From contig NC_009925.1 in NCBI RefSeq assembly GCF_000018105.1, positions 4,500,001-4,532,000 of the forward strand: a stretch of DNA of 32,000 nt. Reading direction: 5' to 3'. A program made the position numbers and the translations under genes. This DNA comes from Acaryochloris marina MBIC11017 (GTDB lineage: Bacteria; Cyanobacteriota; Cyanobacteriia; Thermosynechococcales; Thermosynechococcaceae). Shown here piece by piece: positions 1 through 8,059 of this stretch. The notes under the pieces are model-generated. The model saw only the letters and a list, made by a program, of their open reading frames with translations. It did not search any database and was not told where the DNA came from. Position 1 is the stretch's first letter. Each line of letters begins with the position of its first letter.

Positions 1-665
1 GCCTGTAGGGAAATCCCATCAATCAATTCAAATCGCCAAAAACTTCCGCCTTTTTGCTGATAAAGGGTTTGGGTGTCTAGGATAAAGTCTTTTCCTTTGC
101 GGGGAAAGGCAAACAACAATCCCTGTTCTCGCTGGGCTTGGGGGATAAAGGGAAACAGTTCTGTATCCACAATATTGGGGACGATTTCTGCCGGTTTACC
201 TGGGTAGGTCTGGGCGCAAACCCCCTGCATCAAGTCTGAGTCGGTCCAGAGGAGAACGCGATCACTACGGTAGTCGAAATCGGTCTTGGTTTGGAGCGGG
301 GATTGTTCATAGGCGATCGCAACCCCATCTACATCCTTAATCAACTGGGTGGCATAATCGGGCACCAGGCAAATATCCTCGGGCTGTCGATCTTGCCAGG
401 CGATAAAGGGCAATGGGCGCTTCACCCCAAACACATCTCCATAATTATCTTGACCACTCATGGTCGCTAGCACAGCATCCGCACCACATTGGCGGGCCAC
501 CCAACAATGACGCATGATATTCAGGGTGCCGCCATAGACTTCCGTTACATATAACCATCGCCGGAGAGACCAATTGGCTGACGTGGGTTTGCGGGACAGG
601 GTCGTCTCTAGCTTTTCCCAGAACCACCCTTGCTTTAAATCTGGAATTAAAAAGACGATGCGCAT
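1..665 (-). CDS. Hypothetical protein, N-terminal part only (ATG at 665; C-terminus runs off the window edge)
   Basis: Hand translation of the minus strand from ATG 665-663 gives an uninterrupted 221-codon frame to position 1 (MRIVFLIPDLKQGWFWEKLETTLSRKPTSANWSLRRWLYVTEVYGGTLNIMRHCWVARQCGADAVLATMSGQDNYGDVF...). It is missing from the ORF track because it has no in-window stop; the listed 445..627 ORF is a different frame. It starts 38 nt downstream of the sugar aminotransferase on the same strand. Function is not recognisable from motifs. Confidence 0.6.
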   Translation of the reverse strand, partial: MRIVFLIPDLKQGWFWEKLETTLSRKPTSANWSLRRWLYVTEVYGGTLNIMRHCWVARQCGADAVLATMSGQDNYGDVFGVKRPLPFIAWQDRQPEDICLVPDYATQLIKDVDGVAIAYEQSPLQTKTDFDYRSDRVLLWTDSDLMQGVCAQTYPGKPAEIVPNIVDTELFPFIPQAQREQGLLFAFPRKGKDFILDTQTLYQQKGGSFWRFELIDGISLQ

Positions 666-703
666 GACGGATAAAATGCCGTAAAAGAGCAGAATCAGGT
701 CAG

Positions 704-1888
704 TTAGGCCGCGATTGCCGAGGTATCTAAACTTTGGTGGACTGCCGCCACAACATCCTCAACATCTAGGTCGTTCAATTTAGCGGACAAGGGAATGCTA
801 ACGGTTTGTTGGCCAATGCGGGTGGCATGGGGATAGTCCTGAGGTTGCCAGCCAAACCGGTGTTGATAGTAGGGATGCTCTGGCAGGCTTAAATAGTGAA
901 CGCCAGTACCAATATGTTGGCGATGCATGGCAACCAGGAACTGGTCACGACTAATCCCCGTTTGGCTTTCATCAATGAGGAGGGTATAGAGGTGATACCC
1001 ATGCACCGTGTTTGGGGCTGGGGGGGTGGGCAGGGTGAGGGGCAGATCGGCCAGCGCCTGATTGTACTGCTGCCAGATCTGCTGCCGTCTATTCCAATAG
1101 GGGGTGACCCGTTGGAGCTGGTGAATCCCGATGGCAGCCTGAATATCCATCATGTTGTACTTAAACCCTGCTTCTACCACTTGGTAATGGTTATAGCCAT
1201 CATCACTAAAGCGCTTCCACGCATCTTGGCTCATGCCGTGGAGAGCCAACACTTTAATCCGATCTGTATCTTCCTGGGTTTGGGTGAGAATCATGCCCCC
1301 CTCCCCCGTCGTAATGTTCTTGGTGACGTAGAAGCTAAAGCAGCCAAAGTTGCTAAAGGTTCCGGCTTTGCGTCCTTGATATTCTGTCTCAATGGCATGG
1401 GCGCAGTCTTCGATTAGCACCAAGCTATATTGCTCTGCTAAAGCACAAAGGGCATCCATCTCGCAGGGACGACCGGCAAAATGGACGGGAATAATGGCTT
1501 TGGTGCGATCGGTAATTTTGGCTTCGACCTGAGCTGGATCGATATTCATGGTCTCCGGATCGACATCCGCCAAGACTGGGACACCCCCTGCATGGATGAT
1601 GGCATTGGCCGTGGCACAGAAAGTTAACGGCGTAGTGATCACCTCATCGCCGGGATTGAGACCCGCTGCCAACAGGCTTAGGTGTAAAGCAGCAGTACAG
1701 GAATTGACTGCGATCGCATGTTGGCTACCTTTATAGGTGCAAAAATCCTGTTCAAACCGCATCACTTTCGGGCCAGTCCCCAACCAGCCCGTTCGCATGC
1801 TAGCCATGACTTCTTGCATTTCCGCTTCTTCAATAGCGGGAGAACCAAATACCAAAAATTGGTCTTTTGAACGGGGCATGCATCTCAC
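704..1888 (-). CDS. DegT/DnrJ/EryC1/StrS-family PLP-dependent sugar aminotransferase
   Basis: 394-aa ORF with full-length family resemblance: 'FGSPAIEEAEMQEVMASMRTGWLGTGPKV', 'SCTAALHLSL', 'DEVITTPLTFCAT', 'IPVHFAGRPCEMD', and the PLP-lysine context 'FSFYVTKNITTGEGGM'. Confidence 0.9.
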   Translation of the reverse strand: MRCMPRSKDQFLVFGSPAIEEAEMQEVMASMRTGWLGTGPKVMRFEQDFCTYKGSQHAIAVNSCTAALHLSLLAAGLNPGDEVITTPLTFCATANAIIHAGGVPVLADVDPETMNIDPAQVEAKITDRTKAIIPVHFAGRPCEMDALCALAEQYSLVLIEDCAHAIETEYQGRKAGTFSNFGCFSFYVTKNITTGEGGMILTQTQEDTDRIKVLALHGMSQDAWKRFSDDGYNHYQVVEAGFKYNMMDIQAAIGIHQLQRVTPYWNRRQQIWQQYNQALADLPLTLPTPPAPNTVHGYHLYTLLIDESQTGISRDQFLVAMHRQHIGTGVHYLSLPEHPYYQHRFGWQPQDYPHATRIGQQTVSIPLSAKLNDLDVEDVVAAVHQSLDTSAIAA

Positions 1889-2101
1889 TCTCTTAGAGGA
1901 TTTAGGTTAGTCTCGCGGCAACGAAATCATCAAAGAATTGTGTTGAAGGATCAACAGTATTCTCCATACTGTAATATTCCCCATTGCAGTACAGCAGCCT
2001 GCAGTTTGTATCACGAATCAAACTCAAAATATGGCATAGGATCGTCTTGCATCGGGAATTCTAGGAAAAGACAGACTTTTCTCTAACCCACCTATTAATT
2101 G

Positions 2102-2647
2102 ATGAATCTCAATATTCGATTGGCCTGCACGGAAGAAATGGAGCAGGTCCTCGATATCCAGCAACAAGCGATTAGGATGCTATGCAGTAAAGATTACAAC
2201 CCCCATCAAGTGGATGCGATTGTCAGATCTCAGCATAAATGGCGTGGGGGCTACGAGCGCATTTATGTGGCAGAGAAGGATCAAACACTGGTTGGATTTA
2301 TTGCCATTAGCCTCTGCAAAACGAGTATTGCGGGAATCTATGTCCATCCAGATCACATTCGCCAAGGGATTGCCACACAACTACTCCAGTTTTTTGAACA
2401 TCTCGCCATTGAGAAAAAGCGCCATCGAATCTGGGTTATCTCTTCACTAACCGCTGTGGCTCTCTATCAAAGCCAAGGATATGTCGGAGTTGGCAAAACC
2501 AAGATTAACGCTTTAGGGATTTCAATTCCCTGCTTGGTCATGGAAAAATTCACGAGTGTCCCCCCACCTCAATATCCATTGGGAATTCATCCTGTAGTGT
2601 TGTGGGGCCTACTCTGTATTTGTTTTATTCTTCTGTTTTTCCGATAA
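2102..2647 (+). CDS. GNAT-family N-acetyltransferase with a hydrophobic C-terminal tail
   Basis: GNAT motif A 'IYVHPDHIRQGIATQLL' followed by 'LYQSQGYV'. The last ~25 aa ('GIHPVVLWGLLCICFILLFFR') form a predicted TM helix. The track starts at TTG 2099; ATG 2102 is the likelier start. Confidence 0.8.
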   Translation: MNLNIRLACTEEMEQVLDIQQQAIRMLCSKDYNPHQVDAIVRSQHKWRGGYERIYVAEKDQTLVGFIAISLCKTSIAGIYVHPDHIRQGIATQLLQFFEHLAIEKKRHRIWVISSLTAVALYQSQGYVGVGKTKINALGISIPCLVMEKFTSVPPPQYPLGIHPVVLWGLLCICFILLFFR

Positions 2648-2669
2648 GCGGTTGTCCCATCAACTGACC

Positions 2670-3725
2670 TTATGGCCTGTCACGCCATACCTTCGGGTCG
2701 TAAGCTTCTGGGGACAAGCGAAACCGCCCCTTAACGTTGACAAAGGCCGGTAGCTGCTTCATCGCAAAATAAGTCATTGGGGCTGGCAAATTGGGAGAGC
2801 TATCCTTACTGGCCCTCGGTTGGGTCGAAGAATGGCCATAGACCATATACGGATTCCCCTCCTGGCCAAAGACTTGCTCTGGAGGTTGCCACTGCTGTTG
2901 GGAATAAGGACGACGATACTCAAAAGTATAGATGTCTGGATTCCATATCTGTTCCAGGGTCTGATGATCGATCAAGCGATAGGGGACATCATCCCCCGCC
3001 CCTGCTTTTTCAAAATAAAGCTGCTGATCCACCGCTAGGGCAACATGATCTAAATAGGTGTGGTTGCCATGCTGGTGGTACACCAACACAATATCTCCCG
3101 TTTGGGGATTGGCCTGTATCTTCATGGATCTTTGCCACAAGGTGTGCAGCATGGGGTGACTATCAGTCACAAACAGGGTGGGGGCAGGTGGATTATCTTG
3201 CTTGGCCAGCCGCAGGATTTCGTAGAGGGTGCCCCAACAGTTGGCAGCAAGCTTAGTAGTGGTCGATCGACGCTGAGATGGGCCAGCGGACATTGGCGAA
3301 GCAGTAACCTCTTGCTCGTGAAAGCGGTGTCGGTTCCATGCCTGCATGATCGGCGGCATAAAATCCATCAGCGTGTAGTTGCGATCTCGATCGTAATGCG
3401 CCAAATTGCGCCGATTATGCCAAGTCCCATAGGTGGTCACCAACCGTTGCCATTGTCGGTAAGTTAAACGACCAAACTCAAACCCCAGAGCCGCTTCCCA
3501 TACGGGCAGCTTGGCATTAGCATCGCGATACAGATGGCAGGTATGGGGAATCTCCTCTGCTCCAGCTAAGCGCATGGAACAGGACTCTACGGAAGTCACA
3601 GGTATCTTGCGAAACTCACTTTTTGCGGGTTCTACCCAACCAACGCAGCCAAGGGCAAGAGCCAGGCTTAGCTGGGCCGAAGACCGGAGTCCTTTAGACT
3701 GTAACAACGTCAGGATTGGCTTCAT
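2670..3725 (-). CDS. Secreted hypothetical protein, possible NlpC/P60-like (papain-fold) Cys/His hydrolase
   Basis: N-terminal signal peptide (MKPILTLLQSKGLRSSAQLSLALALGCVGWVEPA). The pattern 'ANCWGTLYEIL ... GDIVLVYHQHGNHTYLDHVALAV..LYFEKAG' resembles the Cys...GD-x-V...H-V layout of NlpC/P60 enzymes. That assignment is by eye only. The start overlaps the 3' end of the upstream gene by 32 nt. Confidence 0.6.
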   Translation of the reverse strand: MKPILTLLQSKGLRSSAQLSLALALGCVGWVEPAKSEFRKIPVTSVESCSMRLAGAEEIPHTCHLYRDANAKLPVWEAALGFEFGRLTYRQWQRLVTTYGTWHNRRNLAHYDRDRNYTLMDFMPPIMQAWNRHRFHEQEVTASPMSAGPSQRRSTTTKLAANCWGTLYEILRLAKQDNPPAPTLFVTDSHPMLHTLWQRSMKIQANPQTGDIVLVYHQHGNHTYLDHVALAVDQQLYFEKAGAGDDVPYRLIDHQTLEQIWNPDIYTFEYRRPYSQQQWQPPEQVFGQEGNPYMVYGHSSTQPRASKDSSPNLPAPMTYFAMKQLPAFVNVKGRFRLSPEAYDPKVWRDRP

Positions 3726-5868
3726 CTACCTGTTCCCTCTGAGCTTGTGAGTCATTATCCACTAGAGGTGTGGACGCATCAACCAAAGGTAACAATGGCC
3801 CCACCTGTTCTTGTCCACTCACGGATAAATCACTGTGGCAGAGAAACACCTTTTCCGTTACTCGGTTCAATAAATCGAGTAACAGTCGCCGCAACTGAGC
3901 CTGGTCATTATTCATTTCTTCCTCAACCGTCAAGGGTTCCCCCGACCAATTCCGCAAGCAAAACGGTGCGCCCCAGAGAATCACGGCTCCACCACCATGC
4001 CAGAGGGCCGAACCCGCATCTAACCAGAAATGCCAGCGGTGGACCTGACGAGCCATCCGATACTGAAACGTCGTCGCCAGCATCACTGCTCGTCGGGGTT
4101 GACCATTCGGATTAACTGGAAAGGGATTGGCCGTTAACGTGCCTTGCCGTAGAAGCTGAATAAACTGACCGACGGTTTCTGGCAAAGGCGGGTGGCGGGT
4201 CTGGGTTTGCCGTAACCGCTCATCCACCTGCCAATAATGCTGGGCCGTCTCCATCAGTTCCCGCAACACCGAAAGCTGATCATAACTCAGAGCATGGGGG
4301 GCCAGAAATTCCTGGATAGCCCGATCCAAGATAAACACAGGGTTTAAGGTGAGATAGGGCTGTTGCGCCGTTGAGCCTTTTTGCTGTTGTTCCAGCCAGC
4401 TCAGCAGGTTGTCATAGGCAGTGGTGGCCTGATGGCCCAAACGATCCCACCGGGGAAAAGTCTGAACCGGCAGCAGTTTGGGGTGTTCGGGATGGGGTTG
4501 AAAGCAATAATCCGCAAGTAATCCTGCTCGCACAGGGTCGATCATGCCCGCCGCATTGGCTAAGGAGGGAGTGCGCTGATGGGTGAGAACAACGAACATC
4601 TCCGCGATTTGTTCTGCATCGACAAGACGGCCTAAGCCAGGATAGACGAGGGTTAAAAGGGTCAATAAGGCCCGGATGATGGCAGAACTATTCAGGGGAC
4701 GTTGATCTTTAAGGGATTCAACGGGAATCCCCTTAGCCGTCAAAATTTCGATCAGGGTATAGCGGGCAATTGTATCGAGACCAGGGCCAATCACAGCAAT
4801 CTCTTCGGGCTGCGCCTGCCCAGACTCAATCGCCTCAATAATGTGATCGGCCGTTTGACGTAAAAGCTGAGCGCGGGAACTGGTCTGCAAACAAGTCAAC
4901 GGCTCCGGTAGCTCAAACGTTTCTCCACTGACAAAGGCGACGATATTATGGCCGATGACCGCCCCTAAGGAAAGCGTAAAATCCTGACATAAAGATTCCA
5001 ATTGGCAGACTAGCTTGAGCCCAGCTAAGTAATCAGGATCGGCCCCCAACCCCAGGCGGATCGCACCATCAGGATTAAAACTAAAGACACCTATTGATCC
5101 ATGATTGAGCCATACCTCAAATAAATCCCGAGTGATGGCAGGATAGCTATCCACATCATCTGCAAACACCCCTTGATATCGCTGTAACAAATGGCCTTGG
5201 TAGGCTGGATCAGGCAACAAATAGCGCCAATACAGGGCTGTCAGAATGCCATAGGTAAGCAGGCCATGCTGTAAACACCAGTCCCGCCAATCCATCAGCA
5301 TTTGGGCAATGGTTTCCGTTAGAGCTCGGTCACAGTTCAGTTCCCCTAAGCCATCCTCCAAACGACGAGGTAAGTCTTCTAAGGCGATACCGCCAAAAGC
5401 GGCAAGCTGAAGGACATCTAAAATCCGCCGTACCCACCGATCCGGGGACATATTTTCCAGGTCTTGCAGTTCTTCCCAGGGGGCAGCCTGCCAAAATTGG
5501 GCAGCTAACTCTTGTTCTGTTTCTGGGCGGAGACGGAGGGGGAATTGGGCCTGGAGGCCCAGGGCTTTGAGCACCAGGGGCCAAAACAGCATGACTTCAT
5601 TTTCGAAGAAGCCCAGAGGGGTAGTGGATTGGACGATGATTTTGCCTGTTGTTGCTTGTGCAATCTCTGGCATCAAGACCTGGCGATTATCAGCATTCAC
5701 CGCAAAAACCAGGGCTGTTTTTACTGCAAGTTGAGGGGGCTCTCCTCCCATTGCAGAAGGCTGATTTGACCAGTCCACTAGATGCTGAATCAACGCAGTG
5801 GTTTTACCGCTACGCACTGGACCCGATATCCAAGTAGGAACAGAATTCACCCAGTCAGTGAGAAGCAA
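3694..5868 (-). CDS. P-loop protein of UvrD/AddB-like helicase-nuclease architecture (often annotated as recombinase family protein in cyanobacteria)
   Basis: 724-aa ORF. Walker A 'SGPVRSGKTT' lies at the extreme N-terminus and a Walker-B-like 'GVFADDVDSYP' lies mid-protein. A UvrD-C-like segment 'VMLATTFQYRMARQVHRWHFWLDAGSALW' is near the C-terminus. TTG start at 5868. Confidence 0.7.
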   Translation of the reverse strand: MLLTDWVNSVPTWISGPVRSGKTTALIQHLVDWSNQPSAMGGEPPQLAVKTALVFAVNADNRQVLMPEIAQATTGKIIVQSTTPLGFFENEVMLFWPLVLKALGLQAQFPLRLRPETEQELAAQFWQAAPWEELQDLENMSPDRWVRRILDVLQLAAFGGIALEDLPRRLEDGLGELNCDRALTETIAQMLMDWRDWCLQHGLLTYGILTALYWRYLLPDPAYQGHLLQRYQGVFADDVDSYPAITRDLFEVWLNHGSIGVFSFNPDGAIRLGLGADPDYLAGLKLVCQLESLCQDFTLSLGAVIGHNIVAFVSGETFELPEPLTCLQTSSRAQLLRQTADHIIEAIESGQAQPEEIAVIGPGLDTIARYTLIEILTAKGIPVESLKDQRPLNSSAIIRALLTLLTLVYPGLGRLVDAEQIAEMFVVLTHQRTPSLANAAGMIDPVRAGLLADYCFQPHPEHPKLLPVQTFPRWDRLGHQATTAYDNLLSWLEQQQKGSTAQQPYLTLNPVFILDRAIQEFLAPHALSYDQLSVLRELMETAQHYWQVDERLRQTQTRHPPLPETVGQFIQLLRQGTLTANPFPVNPNGQPRRAVMLATTFQYRMARQVHRWHFWLDAGSALWHGGGAVILWGAPFCLRNWSGEPLTVEEEMNNDQAQLRRLLLDLLNRVTEKVFLCHSDLSVSGQEQVGPLLPLVDASTPLVDNDSQAQREQVDEANPDVVTV

Positions 5869-5998
5869 ATTTGCTACTATACGACATACCTATTATGAGG
5901 TTATGTCTAAATTCTGGTAGGTTTTGCTTACATAACGTCTCAGGACATCATGCCCCCATGACCCATACCCCCAGATTGCAGCAGCGAGTAGGGTAATC

Positions 5999-7447
5999 AT
6001 GAGTTCTTCTTCTCCAAACCCATTTAGGCGTTCGCTTAAATTTGTTGAGCAATGGTATCGGGAGACTCCCCAGCGAGCTTTAGATGGTGCCTATGAAGCG
6101 GCTCGCGCCATCGAAGAAATCGAAAAAAAACATTTTAAAGGTCAGCCTGTTCCGCTCCGCATCCGCACGGAAAGCGTGATGACCAACTACTTTCAATCCG
6201 AAGTCCAAAAGAACCTGCAATTTATCCAAACCCGCTTACGAGAGTTCAAGTCCAGCTCCTTAGTAGTCGAAGTTGCTGACAAGCTCAAGCCCCCCAGTAT
6301 CCCCCCAGCTCCTACCCCCTTAGATACTCCCAACACCATAGATTTTACCGATGAGTACGATGTCACTTCTGAGGAGTACAGTTCCGAACTTGTTTCACCC
6401 TCTATTGATGCCCAAGGTTCATTAGATAAATTAGCGTTTATCGATGCAGTCTTGAAACGGTATCGTTCGGCCTCTATTCAGCGAGAAGCAGCTGCAGCGG
6501 CCTCTAAGGCGGCAAGAGCCTCGGCACCTAAGTCTGGCTCAGAGATGAAAAAAAATATTCCTCAGCCCCTGCCCATCCAGTCCGCCCAAAACTCCCTATA
6601 TGAATCTGAATTTATTTCAGATGACATTACTGAAGATCCATCCAAACTAGACAGCAGTAGCTTTATTCCCCGTTCCATTCTGCGTACAGCCACCCGCTTT
6701 CGCAAAGAACTCAACCCGGATCCAGGGACGGAAGATGACATCCTCAATGATTTTCGCAACTCTAGGGTGCGCACCCGGGCCGCCGTTAGCTTTGTATTGG
6801 GGTTGATGATTGTCCCCTTACTCACCCAACAAGTGTCCAAAAACTTGGTGATTGGTCCTTTTGTCGATAAATTGAAAGGCCCCGAACAAATTGAGATTCG
6901 GATTAATCCTGAGATTGAGAATGAGGTCCTGACTGAGTTAGCTCGATTTGAAGAGCGACTCAAATTTGAAAGTTTAACCAGCCCCATTCCCCTTTCGCCG
7001 GCGGAGATTCAATTCCAACTCAAGGCCAAAGCCGAAGACCTAAAAGAAGAATATCAGTGGGACCTACGGCAACCCCTAAAAAATGCCATTTCGGATTTAT
7101 TCTCGCTGGTCGCCTTAGCCATTTACTTTGTCCTGAACCGTCAGAAGATTGCGGTTCTCAAGTCTTTCTTTGATGAAATTATCTATGGACTCAGTGATAG
7201 TGCAAAAGCCTTTATCATCATCTTATTTACGGATGTATTTGTGGGGTTCCACTCACCTCATGGTTGGGAAGTGATTGTGGAAAGTGTCCTCAGTCATTTT
7301 GGTTTACCCCAAGACCGAAATTTCATCAATATGTTTATTGCAACGTTTCCGGTCATGCTAGACACGGTTTTCAAATACTGGATTTTCCGATATCTGAACC
7401 AAATTTCTCCTTCTGCTGTTGCCACCTACCGCAATATGAATGAGTAG
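5999..7447 (+). CDS. pxcA: Proton-extrusion/envelope membrane protein PxcA (CemA/Ycf10 family)
   Basis: The C-terminal membrane domain carries the CemA signature region 'FTDVFVGFHSPHGWEV...FIATFPVMLDTVFKYWIFRYLNQISPSAVATYRNMNE'. The long hydrophilic N-terminal extension is typical of cyanobacterial PxcA. Confidence 0.9.
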   Translation: MSSSSPNPFRRSLKFVEQWYRETPQRALDGAYEAARAIEEIEKKHFKGQPVPLRIRTESVMTNYFQSEVQKNLQFIQTRLREFKSSSLVVEVADKLKPPSIPPAPTPLDTPNTIDFTDEYDVTSEEYSSELVSPSIDAQGSLDKLAFIDAVLKRYRSASIQREAAAAASKAARASAPKSGSEMKKNIPQPLPIQSAQNSLYESEFISDDITEDPSKLDSSSFIPRSILRTATRFRKELNPDPGTEDDILNDFRNSRVRTRAAVSFVLGLMIVPLLTQQVSKNLVIGPFVDKLKGPEQIEIRINPEIENEVLTELARFEERLKFESLTSPIPLSPAEIQFQLKAKAEDLKEEYQWDLRQPLKNAISDLFSLVALAIYFVLNRQKIAVLKSFFDEIIYGLSDSAKAFIIILFTDVFVGFHSPHGWEVIVESVLSHFGLPQDRNFINMFIATFPVMLDTVFKYWIFRYLNQISPSAVATYRNMNE

Positions 7448-7510
7448 AGATATGCCCTTAAACCTTGCTCATACGGCCTTCAATCAACACTTGAACAATC
7501 ATTAAAACGA

Positions 7511-7541
7511 AAAAAATCCCCTACAATTTCTTGCAGGGGAT
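7511..7541. terminator. Hairpin flanked by an A-run: candidate bidirectional or minus-strand rho-independent terminator
   Basis: 7516-7526 'atcccctacaa' pairs with 7531-7541 'ttgcaggggat' (11 bp, one mismatch, loop tttc). It is preceded by aaaaaa on the + strand, which reads as a T-run after the hairpin on the - strand. It lies 64 nt after the pxcA stop. Confidence 0.5.
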
Positions 7542-8059
7542 TGAAAGCTTTTGTAACCGTTTGGTATAGCCCAAAGAGGGTATATTTCCACTCTCAGTTA
7601 TTCCCAAACAGCTTTCATTTTGATCACACAAAAAACTTCAATCGCTAAAACCCTCTACTTGTAGGCTTCTTAGGCTTCTTAAATAAAAATAAAGAAGTTA
7701 ATAATATGAAACATGAATTTGGAGATTTTTTAGCTTATCTTTCAAGATTTCTTTTGATCTATATAAAGGTCTATCTTTCAGGAAAAGTTCACTGTTTCCG
7801 CTAATCATCATCATTCGATCAAACCGATGCAAGCTATGGTGTATAGACAACAGAAGGTACTTGATCTCAATAAATTTAAGCATAGGTACCATACTTCCAA
7901 AGATGATGCGGTTCTGATCAAAATCAATGCTGCCAAGGCTACCAAAGCTGACAGGGAACTGGGCAATGTTAATTCTGTTGCCCAAACATTACATATTCAG
8001 ACTTCTTCGAATCACGTAGGATGGATAGCCCCACTTCATATCCAAAACCTTGAACAATA

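Noticed and set aside
445-627. 60-aa track ORF, the only listed ORF at the left edge
   Set aside because: It is out of frame with a much longer open frame (1..665, ATG at 665) that I translated by hand without meeting a stop. The short ORF is a shadow of that gene.
896-1736. Antisense ORFs (896..1417 +, 1548..1736 +) inside the aminotransferase gene
   Set aside because: They lie fully inside a gene with unambiguous family motifs on the other strand. Their sequences are low-complexity with no motifs, typical of shadow ORFs. The same reasoning applies to 2180..2450, 2777..3750 (+), 3747..4586 (+), 5330..5837, 6562..6987, 9564..10187, 11216..11431, 13094..13282, 14457..14886, 17467..18003, 18570..18889, 19374..19620, 21681..22197, 23831..24251, 24512..24700, 25356..25800, 26846..27958, 28251..28508 and 29985..31195.
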